64,000 nucleotides of DNA, from contig NW_024704742.1 in assembly GCF_018977255.1 (NCBI RefSeq), forward strand, positions 94,800,001 to 94,864,000, given 5' to 3'. Position numbers and translations under genes: made by a program. Positions 12,934 through 24,885 of the stretch are shown here, one piece after another. The stretch comes from Callorhinchus milii. Lineage: Eukaryota. The first letter of the stretch is position 1; every line of letters begins with the position of its first letter. The notes below the pieces were generated by a model. It was given only the letters and a program-made list of their open reading frames with translations, was not told where the DNA came from and ran no database searches.

Positions 12934-13711
12934 TGCTGTGGACTGGAGGGAGCGAGATCTCTCCCTTGGTTCCCCCACTGTTGAATTTTGCTTCTTAGCA
13001 TCTCCCAAAACACAAAGAATATTGAGGAGAGGATATCAGTAATTGAGTCAAATTCACAGGACTCTTGTGCACCTCCTCGTGAGTGTTTACAGAATGGCAT
13101 AGGCATGTCCAAAGACCGAGTTCTCTTCCTGGCTTGATCTTTCATTAGGAGATTGGGGACTTAAAACAGGAAGAGAAATCACTTACAAAATCTGGGAAAC
13201 AAGTGTAAGCAATTTGTGCCCCAGACTTTCATCTGGTTATCTAAGATTTTGTTGTCGTGGATCAAAATTTAATTAAAAAAACACTCTTAGAACATTAGAG
13301 AGTAAAGGGAAACTCCTGCTTTCCTGACCCAAGCAGTTCTGTATGGTTTTAGCTTGCACACAATGAAGCTGGAAATACTGTTAACGTTACAATAATAAAG
13401 TTCTCAAAGACTGGGAATAGCTTAGTTATTGTAATATTAACCCTACAGTCCTAAAACAAAGATTAAAAATACCAAAACTTTAAATATTTAATAGGAATGA
13501 TAATTCTTGCATTGGTAATAATGTTAATACCTTCCACATCACAAATGTGTCAGAATGTTTCACAAGATATACTGTAAAGTGTAGTGACTGTGCATTTTGC
13601 AGGCACTTTACCAGTTTTCGCCCTTGCTTTTCTTTCCCACTCTTTCTTCTTCCTCACTCTCTTCCTGGTCTACTCTTTCTTATTATTGTATAATAGTTCT
13701 GGTTTTATACT

Positions 13712-14640
13712 TTCTGCATCTATGGAGAAAGGAAAGTGAGTCAACGTTTTGGGTCCACGACCCTTCATCAGACCTGGCGCAGTTGGGAGGGCGAGGCTTT
13801 TAAGGGCTAACAGAGAGGGGGGAGGCAGGGCAAGGAAGACAACAACAACAAGATTGCATTTATAGAGCACCTTTCACGTCGGGAGAACGTCCTAAGGCGC
13901 TGGACAGTTGGGTCGGGAACTGAGCAGGGGGGAAATGGTCAGAGTGAGGGGAGGGAAGGGAGGGAGCGAGGGGGGGGGGTAGAGAGTCAAGAGGGGAGCT
14001 GAAGGCACGGTTGAAGAGAAAGGTCTTAAGATCGGCACTGGGGGATGGAGTTCCAGAGCCTATGGGTGAGAGGCTGAAGGCCCGGCCACCGATGGTAGGG
14101 CGGTTGGGGCGGGGGATGTCGAGCAGACCGGAGCCAGAGGAACGGAGGGTATGGGCAGGTACGTGGAACGATAGTAGGCCAGAGAGGTAGGAGAGTGCAA
14201 GGCCGTGAATGGCCTTGTAGGTGAGGATGAGGATCTTGAATTCGATCCTCTGGGGGATGGGGAGCCAGTGGAGGCGAGCGAGGGTGGGAGTGATGTGGTC
14301 CTGGTGCGGGACAGTACACGAGCTGCAGAGTTCTGAATGACCTGCAGCTTGTGGAGGGAGGTGGCGGGAAGGCCGGCAAGGAGAGAGTTCCCATAGTCCA
14401 GCCTTGAAAAGGAGAAAATGGGGTAGAGAACAGGGGATGATAGGTTAGTGAGGTGTTAATGATGCCAAACAAAGGGGGTGGGGTGGTTGCAACAAAGCAG
14501 GGGCTAAAGATGTTAATAATGCAAAACAAAGGGGGGAAAAATTGCAACAAAATAGGCAGATCAGGCAGAGGGAGAAAAGGTGCGTCTGGGACCCAGATGA
14601 TGTGGTAATGGTTACAAAAGAGGGGGAGGGGGAGGGGGAA
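13712..14640 (-). mobile_element. Penelope-like terminal repeat, split by an L2 insertion; includes a ~57-bp direct repeat at 14452-14556
   Basis: GCATCTATGGAGAAAGG..GTCAACGTTTTGGGTCCACGACCCTTCATCAGAC with hammerhead-like core on the minus strand; the right-hand boundary is uncertain. Confidence 0.6.
13839..14407 (-). mobile_element. L2 family A, 5'-truncated
   Basis: RLDYGNSLLAGLP..LQVIQNSAA..LHWLPIPQRIEFKIL; hairpin and (TTG)n tail. Confidence 0.93.
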
Positions 14641-16484
14641 GGTGAGCTGTCTGAACTTCTGTCCGGTTTACAGTAAAACTTGCATAAGTCTGATCTGTAT
14701 AAATTGTATAAGCGTCTAAGCCGCACATCTGCCAAGACCCTTGAAGAGTTTATATTCTCTGCAAATTTGACATAACTCATACTTTGCAGAGGCATATTAA
14801 ATGATCTCAATCGATACAACTTATGTGAGGTTTACTATATTTGCAATTTAGAGCCATTAAAAGAAATCCTATTTGAAATTGCCGTGTCTTAGACCCAATA
14901 TGCCTGTATTGTAAAACTGACTTGAATTTGCTTAAATATTCCAAAGAAAGCTTTAAGTATTGTAATGTTGTTCTTTCAGATCAGGTAAAGAGCTGGTTCT
15001 CAACGTTTAGCTTCAACTTTTGTGTGTTATTGATTAAAGCTAATGGATCTTGGCATTTGGAAACAAAGTTATTTTAAAGGCTGACATAAAAGTGTTAGGC
15101 AACAGACAGCGCCACAACAAAAAAGACAGATTGTGGGATGTAGAGCTAGACAGACTGAAACACTGTTGGCCTAGCAGAAATGAATCCTTTATTGCACCCT
15201 CCTGTCTGGTCCTTGAAAACAAACGCACAATTATATATTTTAAAAATCCCATATTATACTGCACTGCAGATTTCTTGCTAATGCATTGCATTTAATCCAA
15301 GAACATGTCACATAGCCAAACACTGTATAATGATTCAATTTCCTCCCCAAGAAAATTGCACCACAGTTCCCAGAACAAAACCTCCTCAGAACATTATTAT
15401 GGCTGAAGCAAAGATTTACAGATATTAAACATCAGTTTGTACAGAAGTTTGTTTCATCATCAAGCCAAGGTTAAATACCTATCATCATAAATATTTATTT
15501 GAAAATAAAAGGTCTCACTTAACTTTTTGCTGATCTCAGCCCCACTAAAGTGCAGCATCTTCTCTGATATGACGTTTCTTCAGACAGTGCTTTTAAGTGG
15601 AATGTCAGAATTATTGTACACAGCTTGTCGGGGTGGGGGGAGGGGAGAGGACAATCCATCACTAAAGGTTCAGGAGATTGAAGTGTGATACGGAAACAGT
15701 AGTCTTACCATCAGACTACAGTAAACATGCATCAATTATACTGACAGCCTCAACAATGAATCAAACACCAGTGCAGCTACTAGTACAATATAGGAATGAA
15801 TAACATTCTGCATGATTAAGTTCTTTAGGTGCTTAAATTTAGCAGATGAACTGCTTTGGATTTTATTACTGTCACATTCCATCCATGAGCTGGAAAAATT
15901 AAAACTTGGTCTTAACTTTCCAAGGTGTTATTCTGTGTGAAGAGCACCATATAAATGCAAGTTGTTGTTGAAGCATGTCGTAGCAGACTTTACTGGCATT
16001 GCAGAAGTCTGTTAAGACAGCGGCCTTGCAGGGTACCTGAGAGTGGAATGGTGGGGGGGGGGGGGGGGGGAGGGGTACTGAGCAAACCAATCTCCTCTAA
16101 GTGTCTCTGATTTGGGAATTTCTAGAAAAAGGTACCTGGTCCAAAGGATGGCTGAGACCTAGTTGCATGACATGGCTGGGTCATGGCCACATCAGGGCCA
16201 TTGTGCTGATGCTTAATAGATTCCTGGTTTAGGTGAGATCCCTGAATGACAGCGGGTTGTAAACATCCCATGCCTTGAGGGAACTTCTGACACAACTCAT
16301 GTCTGGTCATCTATTTTAATTAGTTTGTATTGACGATGAGATGTTGAAAATGGAGAACTACAATGGGACATTACTGTGGAACACCCTAACCATTTTCTCT
16401 TCCATGTAAAAATTAGCATGATTAACTAAAAGAAATTTGGATCATATTTTAAAAATTAAATAATAAGCTTTATATTTTGATAAC

Positions 16485-16730
16485 AATAATAAATAATGCT
16501 TGCATTTGATATAGCATATTTGACCAGGACATCAGAAAATGTTTCACTTTTCAAATAGTGGCATTGAATCTTTAACATCTATCTGAACAGGCAGCGGGAG
16601 CTTGGTTTAACAAGTCATTCCCTTGCACTGTTTTGAAGGAATGATACTACGAGCCCCGAACGGAGCTTGAATCGACAACCTTGTGACTCAGAGGTGAGAG
16701 TGGCACCAACTGAACTAGGTTGGCACCTTA
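16485..16730 (-). mobile_element. Deu-domain SINE with internal deletions
   Basis: Head CAGTTGGTGCCACTCTCACCTCTGAGTCA; core TGTTAAAC..GATGTTAAAGAT; tail. Confidence 0.7.
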
Positions 16731-16741
16731 ATCGTCTGTAG

Positions 16742-17048
16742 TCATCACCCCGAGGCTCAACTATGGAAACTCTCCACTTGTCGGCCTCCCCAACTCTTCC
16801 CTCCACAAGCTGGAGATCACCCAGAACTCTGCAGCTCATGTCCTCTACCGCACCAAGCTCCGTGATCCCATCAGCACCACCCTCACCCGACTCCACTGGC
16901 TCCCCATCCCCCAGAGGATAGAATTCAAAATCCTTGTCCTCACTTTCAAGGCCCTCCAAGGCCTTGCCCCCTCCTACCTCTCTGTGACCCCCTATCAACC
17001 TGTCCGCTCCCGAAGTGAAAGGCTTTACAAATATAATGTTGTTGCTGT
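16742..17048 (+). mobile_element. L2 fragment with internal deletion
   Basis: LHWLPIPQRIEFKILVLTFKALQGLAPSYL followed by tail. Confidence 0.85.
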
Positions 17049-17309
17049 TAATGGACTCACAAGCAAAAGTCTACGAGAATTGTCTTTTACTATAAGGATG
17101 GCACTATTTTAAATGCAGGGATCCTTTGATTGCCTCGGTGCAGAACCATCATTGCCTCTCATAACCAAATCTTAGATTGAAACAAGGTATCCCAGTGTCC
17201 TGTGATAAGAAAACATAGCTTATAACACAAGGGTATACAAGCATACTTTTACTGCAACGTAAATCTAATCAAACTGTAACTGTTATGTATTGGAGACTTG
17301 TAGCATAGC

Positions 17310-17470
17310 TTCTGCAATGGCTGAATGGGTAATGATCAGCTCAAAGCCACACAGACCTCAAAGTTGTGAGTTCAAATCTCGGTCTGACTGAGTTAGTTGA
17401 TCTTGGCACAGCAGTTGTGATACAATTAGCCATTTTTTGATTATGGAATGGAAAATTAAGCCATGTTCTG
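17310..17470 (+). mobile_element. Ancient tRNA-derived SINE head (AmnSINE2-like)
   Basis: GTTCAAATCTCGGTCTGACTGAGTTAGTTGATCT..TACAATTAGCC resembles my recollection of the AmnSINE2 consensus. Confidence 0.45.
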
Positions 17471-17472
17471 AA

Positions 17473-17820
17473 CATAAAAGGGCTGAAATCCTACAGGGAG
17501 AGTATCAGAAGCTAGGAAAAAAGCTAAAGAGTACAACCTCAAAAACAGTGATCTCTGAATTACTCCCAGTGCCTCGTGCAAGTGAATATTAAAACAGCAG
17601 GATCAAACACATGAATATATGGCTGGGGAAATGGTGCAGAAAGGATGCTTCAGGTTCCTGGAACTTTGGGACAGTTCTGGGGCAGGTGGGACCTGTACAA
17701 GGTGGATGGGTTACACCTGAACAGGGCTGGGACCAATGTCCTCACAGGGAGGTTAACTAGTGCTGTGGGGAAGGGTTTAAACTAATTTCAAGGGGAGAAG
17801 GGAATCAGGATGTAACATTA
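17473..17820 (+). mobile_element. CR1 ORF1 C-terminus (SGNH esterase-like), decayed
   Basis: YQKLGKKLKS..VISELLPVPRA..WLGKWC..FWGRWDLYKVDGLHLNRAGTNVL; DGLH at 17705. Confidence 0.85.
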
Positions 17821-18626
17821 CAACAACAAGATTCCATTTATAGAGTCCCTTTCACGTCGGGAGGACGTCCCAAAGCGCTGCACAGTTCGGTCAGGACCCG
17901 AGCAGGGGGGAAATGGTCAGAGTGAGGGAAGGGAGGGAGCGAGGAGGGGGGAAATGGTCAGGGTGAGGGGAGGGAAGGAAGGGGCGAAGAGTTGAGAGGG
18001 GAGCTGAAGGCACGGTCAAAGAGAAAGGTCTTGAGACCGGCCTTGAAGGAGGAAAGGGAGGAGGCGGCGAAGGTACTGGGGGATGGAGTTCCAGAACCTA
18101 GGGGCTGAGAGGCTGAAGGCCCGACCACCGATGGTAGGGCGGTTGGGGCGGGGGATGTGGAGCAGACCGGAGCCAGAGGAACAGAGGGTATGGGCAGGTA
18201 AGTAGGGGGAGAGTAGGTCGGAGAGGTAGGAGGGAGCAAGGCCGTGAATGGCCTTGTAAGTGAGGATGAGGATCTTGAATTCGATCCTCTGGGGGATGGG
18301 GAGCCAGTGGAGGTGAGCGAGGGTGGGAGTGATGTGGTCCTGGTGCGGGACAGTACACGAGCTGCAGAGTTCTGAATGACCTGCAGCTTGTGGAGGGAGG
18401 TGCCGGGAAGGCCGGCGAGGAGAGAGTTCCCATAGTCCAGCCTTGAGGTGATGAAGGCGTGGACCAGAGTTTCAGCAGCGTGAGGGGTGAGGTAGTGCCG
18501 TAGTCTGGTGATGTTTCGGAGGTGATGGAAGGTGGTGCCAGTAGTGGCGCGGATATGAGGAAGAAAGGACAGCTCAGGGTCGAACAGAACACCGAGGTTC
18601 CTGACTGGCTTTGAGAGCTGGAGTGT
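17821..18626 (-). mobile_element. L2 family A, 5'-truncated
   Basis: VRNLGVLFDPELSF..SRLDYGNSLL; duplicated 3' UTR unit; hairpin and (TTG)n. Confidence 0.95.
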
Positions 18627-19870
18627 CTAACAAACCTGATAGTTTTTTGATGAAGTAACAGAGAGGTTGGATGATGGTAATGCAGTTGATGTAGTTTATA
18701 TGGATTTTCAAAAGGCGTTTGATAAAGTGCTACATAAGAGACTTGTAAGCAAAATAGAAGCCCATGGTATTAAAGGGACAGGGGCAGCATGCATACAGAA
18801 CTGGCTGGAAAACAGAAAGCAGAGAGTGGTGGTGAATGGTTGTTTTTCTGACTGGAGGAAGCGTGCAGTGGTATCCCCCAGGGGTTAGTATTAAGACCAC
18901 TGCTGTTTTTGATCTATATAAATGACCTGGACTTGGATATAGGGAGTACAATTTCCAAGTTTGCAGATGATACTAAGCTAGGAAAGTAGTAAACAGTGAG
19001 GAGGATAGTAGGAGACTGCGAGGAGACAAAACAGACTGGTAAAATGAGCAGACATGTGGCAGATGGAGTTTAATGTGGAGAAATGCAAAGTGATGCATTT
19101 GGGAAGGAAGAATGAGGAGAGGCAATGTAAACTAAATGGTACAATCTTAAAAGGGGTGAAGGAACAGAGAGACCTGGGAGTTCATATAAGTAAATCTTTG
19201 AAGATGGCAGGGCAGGTAGATAAAGCTGTTAAAAAAGAATACGGGATACTAGGCTTTATAAATAGGGCATAGAGTATAAAAGTCAGGAAGTTATGATGAA
19301 CTTTTATGAATCACTGGTTAGGCCTCAGCTAGAGTGTTCAATTCTTGGCACCACAATTTAGGAAGGATGTCAAGGCATTGGAGAAGGTGCAAAGGAGATT
19401 TGCCAGGATGGTACCAGGAATGAGGGACTTCAGTTGTCAGGAAAGACTAGAGAAGTTAGGATTATTCTCCTTGGAACAGAGAAGATTAAGAGGAGACTTG
19501 ATAGAAGTTTTCAAAGTTATGAGAGGATTCGATAGGGTGAACAAGGAGAAACTATTTCCACTGGCAGGTGGGTCAGTAACCTGAGGACACCGATTTTAAA
19601 ATAGTTGTTAAAATAAACAGAGGGGAGGTGAGGAGAAATTTTTTCACAAGGCAAGTTGTTTGGATCTGGAATGCATTGCCTGAAAGGGTGGTGGAAGCCG
19701 ATTCAATAACAACTTTTAAGAGAGAAATAGATAATTATTTGGGGAGGACAAGTTTGCAAGACTATGGGGAGAGAAAGGGGGAATGCAAGTGATTTGGGTA
19801 GTTCTTTTCAAAAAGATGGCACACACAATGGGCCAAATGGCCTTCTTCTATGCTGTATGATTTTAATCTA
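18627..19870 (+). mobile_element. CR1 ORF2 RT/C-terminus and 3' tail, decayed
   Basis: [57 protein letters not shown]; tail GGGCCAAATGGCCTTCTTCT. Confidence 0.95.
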
Positions 19871-20249
19871 GTAAAGTTGTGTGGATATAGGATGAAAACT
19901 GGATTGCAATCACCTATGATACTCCCACAGTCAAATAGGGTGCCAACACTCACTGCCAGGTAATGCATGAATTACCAAAGGATGAATGGTTCCCATGCAG
20001 CCAAACCCTGGTAATATCGAAGGAACAATGAGACAAAAGATCTTGAGTATTGGAGGGTAGAAAGTTGACAGTGGTATACTATTGTTACTGGCTCTGAGGT
20101 ATGACCTGAGTCTAAGAGATGGAGAACAATCCGATGATGTTCCAGAACCTATTGTTGAAGCATGTACAAGCTAGTGGTGACCCTTTTATTACCATTGCAT
20201 TTATATGCACTGCAGTGATAGGGAAGGAGGAACAATGGAATGAGTTAAG

Positions 20250-21715
20250 CAACTAACAACAGGATTACATTTGTATAGTTGGGAGGACGTCCCAAGGTGC
20301 TGGACAGTGACAGCATTTCACACCTGAGATGGGGTCGGGGGGGAGAAGGTAGGGGAGGGGACGTGGGGTGGCCGATGGCATACTCGAAAAGGAGGATCTT
20401 GAGGCGGGACTTGAAGGAGGCTAAGGAGGGGGCGAGGCAGAGTGATTGGGGGATGGAATTCCAGAGGCTGGGGGCAGAGTGGCTGAAGGCTCTCCCGCTA
20501 ATGGTGGGGCAGGGAACGTGGAGCAGGCCAGAGCCGGCTGAGAGGAGGGAGCGGGCGAGTTGGTAGGGGTTCAAGAGGTCGCAGAGGTAGGGTGGGATGA
20601 GGCCATGGAGGGCTTTGTAGGTAAGGACCAGGATCTTGAACTGGATCCTCTGAAGGATAGGGAGCCAATGGAGTCGGGCGAGAATGGAAGAGATGCGGTC
20701 ACGGAGTTTGGTGTGGGAGAGGACACGGGCTGCAGAGTTCTGGATTATCTGCAGCCCTGTGGAGGGAGGAGTTGGGAAGGCTGACAAGCAGGACGTTTGC
20801 ATAGTTGAGCCTGGAGGTGATGAAGGCATGAACAAGAGTTTCAGCGGCCTGACGGGTGAGGTAGTGGCAGAGTCGGGCGATGTTATGGAGGTGAGGGAAG
20901 GCAGAGTGGGTCATGGCTTGGATGTGGGGAAGAAAAGACAGTTGAGGGTCAAACAAGACACCTGGGTTCCTGACTGGTTTGGTGAGTTGAAGTGTGCAAC
21001 CATGGAGGTTGATGCTGCCAGAGCCTGAGGTGCTGAGGCGCTGACGCGAGCCAATCAGGAGGGCCTCAGTCTTGTTCACATTCAACTGTAGGAAATTTGC
21101 CCTCATCCTCACCCTTGTCTTCAAATCCCTGAACTCCTCTGCACCCCCCTACCTCTCTGACCTCCTCTCTCCTCAAAACAGTGCCCGCTGCTTTTGTTCC
21201 CCCGGGTCTGGCCTCCTCCTTGTCTCCTGAGTCCTCTGCTCCACCCTCGGTGGCCGTGCCTTCAGCCACTATGCCCCGAGGCTCTGGAATTCCCTTCCTC
21301 ACTCCCTTCACCTCGTGCCCTCTCTTCCTATTTTCAGGTCTCGGTTGAAGACCTTTCTTTTCGACTGCACCTTTGGTCACCTTCCTCCCCCTCCCCCTGG
21401 CTCGGCCCCGGTATCCATTACTGTGAAGTGCTCTGAGATGCCGTCTGGCGTGGAGGGTGCTATATAAATCGGGTTGTTGTTGTTGATGTCCGACAGGCAG
21501 TCTGTCAGAACAGTAGTGTTTCTGGAGTTGAGGGTGGAGGCAGAAAGATAGAGTTGGGTGTCATCCACATATATATGGAAGTTGACCCCATATCTGTGGA
21601 TGATGTCACCAAAGGGGAGCATGTAGATATTATAGAGGAGAGGGCCAAGGACAGAGCCCTGGGGGATGCCAGACGTGACAGTGCGGGGGCTGGAGGAGAA
21701 ACCGTTAGAGGCAAC
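20250..21715 (-). mobile_element. L2 (family A-related) RT to 3' end, split by a family B insertion
   Basis: [57 protein letters not shown] tail. Confidence 0.93.
21105..21485 (+). mobile_element. L2 family B 3' fragment nested in opposite orientation
   Basis: Matches 52431-52710 and 51328-51444; tail GAGATGCCGTCTGGCGTGGAGGGTGCTATATAAAT(..)(TTG)n. Confidence 0.9.
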
Positions 21716-21774
21716 AAACCTCAGTAAGAAAAGAATGTTTAAATCAACTTATCACAGTACAATTTTGTCACACT

Positions 21775-21975
21775 TAATAATAATAATAATCCTTGCATTT
21801 GAAATAGCACCTTATCACATCTTTGAATCGTCTCAAAGCACTTCATAGAATGTACTGTCAAGTGAATTGATGGTATATTTTGTGGGTGAAATAAGGCAGC
21901 CAATTGCACACAGCAGTAGAGCAACAAATAGTCGTGGATTGAGTGACCAAATTATTATTATTTATTATTATTTAT
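21775..21975 (-). mobile_element. SINE 3' half
   Basis: (AAT)nCCTTGCATTTG..GGCAGCCAATTGCACACAGCAG. Confidence 0.85.
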
Positions 21976-24049
21976 TTAAAATGTTTCTGATTTCTGGACT
22001 ATTAATGATTATCAGGCACTACAAATGTTTGGGTACAAATGGTTAGTGAGTTAATAAAGTTTGTCGCTGATGTACTGTGTGGCTGTACTCCAAAACAAGC
22101 ACTGGGGTTAGCACTCTTCTGCTTTTGTACCTTCAAAACCATTCTCAAAGTAGCCTGTATTCATGCTGGAGATTCAATGGGCGATAATATCTGTCCTTTA
22201 TTTTCTCCTAGGGTTTTTTGTTCTTGTTTTTATAGCTTGAAAGGGAAAGCAGGAAATAAAAGAATGTACCACATCCCATCAACAAATAAGATGAGGGGGA
22301 AAAAATCCCACTGAGAACAGTTCAACATAATGTTCATTTGTTCTCATGTTTTATTTCCCATGCCCATGTGCCCGTATTTTAACCACTGGGATAAAGAAAG
22401 ACTAACTAGACAAACTTTCAAGGCTGTTACCTAGGAGATTGGCAAATCTTCATTGCCTTTGATTTTGATGAGACCCCAATAACTGTGTCACAGTGCATTT
22501 AATTGGACTTTCTCATCTTTGTTGGACAGGGTCTCCATTCTTAACTGTCACCCCACTTTGTAAAAACATCTGAGCAATTTGTTCTTATTCATTGCTTGAG
22601 GGAGGGGGTGGGCATGAAAAGGCACAGGAAGATTGGCTAAGAAAAAGGACCAGAGTACCTATTGGCAACAAGAGTGAAGCACACAGAATAGAATGAGAGT
22701 GAGCAAAATGAGATTGAAAACAAAAATGACTGGGAGTCAATAAAGAGCAAATGAATGGGGCATCTACTTGACAACATGTATCAAGGAAGGGGGAAAAAGC
22801 AAGCGTTATTGAGTGAAAAAGGGCAGTGCTAGAGAAAAGGAGCAAAGAATGTGGGGTTGATAAAAGGAAAAATTCAGGGTGAGCAAAGAAAGTAAGTGAG
22901 GGAAACATGTACAGTAAATCAATATGATTGCGATCGATATAAATAATTTTGAAAAAAAGTTGGACAGGAGAAAAATTAACCACAGTGTGAACTGAAAAAT
23001 CCCTAGACAATGCAAGGGGTCTTTGATAGTGGACCTCCAAGTGGTGTCTCATACAAACCTCAACAAGATGGATGTGAATCTCACGTCAGTACGATTGTGA
23101 ACATTGTTCTNAAAAAACTTCAGAAAAGTTTCTTCTGCCCCCTCCCCTGAAATGTTCATCAATAAAAAGGTTTGCACATTGGTTTGCTCCTATTAACAAT
23201 TTGAAAACAAAAACTGCACTATGTTTGATACTAAAGGAAGTGTTTTGCTAACTTGTGGAGGCTGCATCTGGTGATGGTTAACAGAATACAAACTAAGTTA
23301 TGGTAATATCTTGTTTCTACCTGCACTCAATCGCTGATCTTCAAAATTGGGAGCAGCGTTAGTGCATAAATCCTCAGGGAAAACTATTATGCTGAGGCTC
23401 GTGGTGGGAGGGTGGGGCGCGGGGGAAGGAGCTGATGGTTTTACGGATAACTAAGTCAGCATGGAAATTTCATGGCAAGGAAGGTCATGGGGTTAGGATG
23501 AACAATGTAGCATGTAAGTTTACATAATTTCTAATGATCCTCATCTGTAACAGTCTTAGTCTTGCTTGTAGCACGCAGCTTGTGCGGCAGTAGAAGCAAT
23601 TTCACATATACATGCCTTAACATTGATAATGATGTGCATGGTAATGATCGGCACAGTGTACTTGGCAAGTAGTGGGATGGATATGTGAGGGGGGAGGACG
23701 GGTGGGTGTTGCGGGAAGAGATAAATGCCAGTTTTAGGGTGCTTCCAAGATACATTGTAAGATATTTGCCCAGTTGCTATAAAATGTTTCCGAGTACCAG
23801 TGAAGCTGGAGTGTTCAGGTTTACCTTGACTTCCAAGCAATCAACCTTTTATGGGTTTCCTCCATTCACAGAACAGGTTTCTGTAATTTATCAACAGTTA
23901 AACATAAATTGGCAATTTCATTTTAATGGTTCAAGCAAGAATTAATAATTAATATTTTAAAAGCATATTTGATCCATGTATCAGGTACTTACTGAAGGAC
24001 CACTATTTATCACCAAGTGACATTATTTGATGTTTTACCCCACCCAACA

Positions 24050-24185
24050 CGCAAATGGGCTGCTATGTTCATCCACAAAATACACAAAGTTACTCTACTT
24101 TACAGTATATTGCGTGAAGTGCTTTCAGGCATCTGAACACCATGATGAGGACCTCCATAAAATGTAAGAATTATTATTATAATAA
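24050..24185 (+). mobile_element. Decayed SINE 3' fragment
   Basis: CACAAAATACAC..CTTTACAGTATATTGCGTGAAGTGCTTT..ATTATTATT. Confidence 0.7.
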
Positions 24186-24644
24186 GAAATCTGAGTGACT
24201 CCTTCTGATCAATAACAGAAAGTATGTCACTTTGACCTGATGGAACTCAACTCCACTCTGATTTACTTACGGAACATAGTGCAGAATCAACGAGAATTCT
24301 TACAGGGACTCCTTATTAATGAACAACACAAATTCAACCCTATATTTTTGTTGCCTTGTGATTACAAAACTTCCCTATAAAACTCCCTTTTATATTTCGC
24401 TGATGACTGATGCTGATTTACAATGCCTCATAATAGTCTCCTCGGTGCCAGGAATTCTCCTGGGTGCTGCCCAGGAGAATGACCATATTTACTTGAATCT
24501 ATGGTGCAGGTTTTTTTCATTAGCAAAATACTGTCAAAATCAGTCTGGGCTTTATAATTGATGGCACCTTAGAAATTCAGTAAAGTTCCTTTCTTTTCCC
24601 TGATAAACATAGTTCTATTTTCAGAGAAACTTCTTGCGATTTAG

Positions 24645-24885
24645 ACACATAGGAATAGGAGTAGGCCTTTCAGCCAGTCGAGTCTGCTCCATCATTTTCT
24701 TAGATTGTGGCTGATTTGTAACACAATACCATTTGCCTATGTTTTTTCCATTAACCTCTGATACCCTTACTATTTGTCTTTATCTACTTCCCTTTTAAAC
24801 ACTTCAACTGATTCTGCATTAACAGCCCTTTGAGGAAGGGAGTTCCATAATCCCACAGCTATCTGAGTAAGGAAATGTAATCTAG
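24645..24885 (-). mobile_element. CR1 3' end
   Basis: Reverse complement of the tail type at 3278-3362 (GGAGTAGGCC..CAGCC..TGGCTGAT). Confidence 0.8.
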
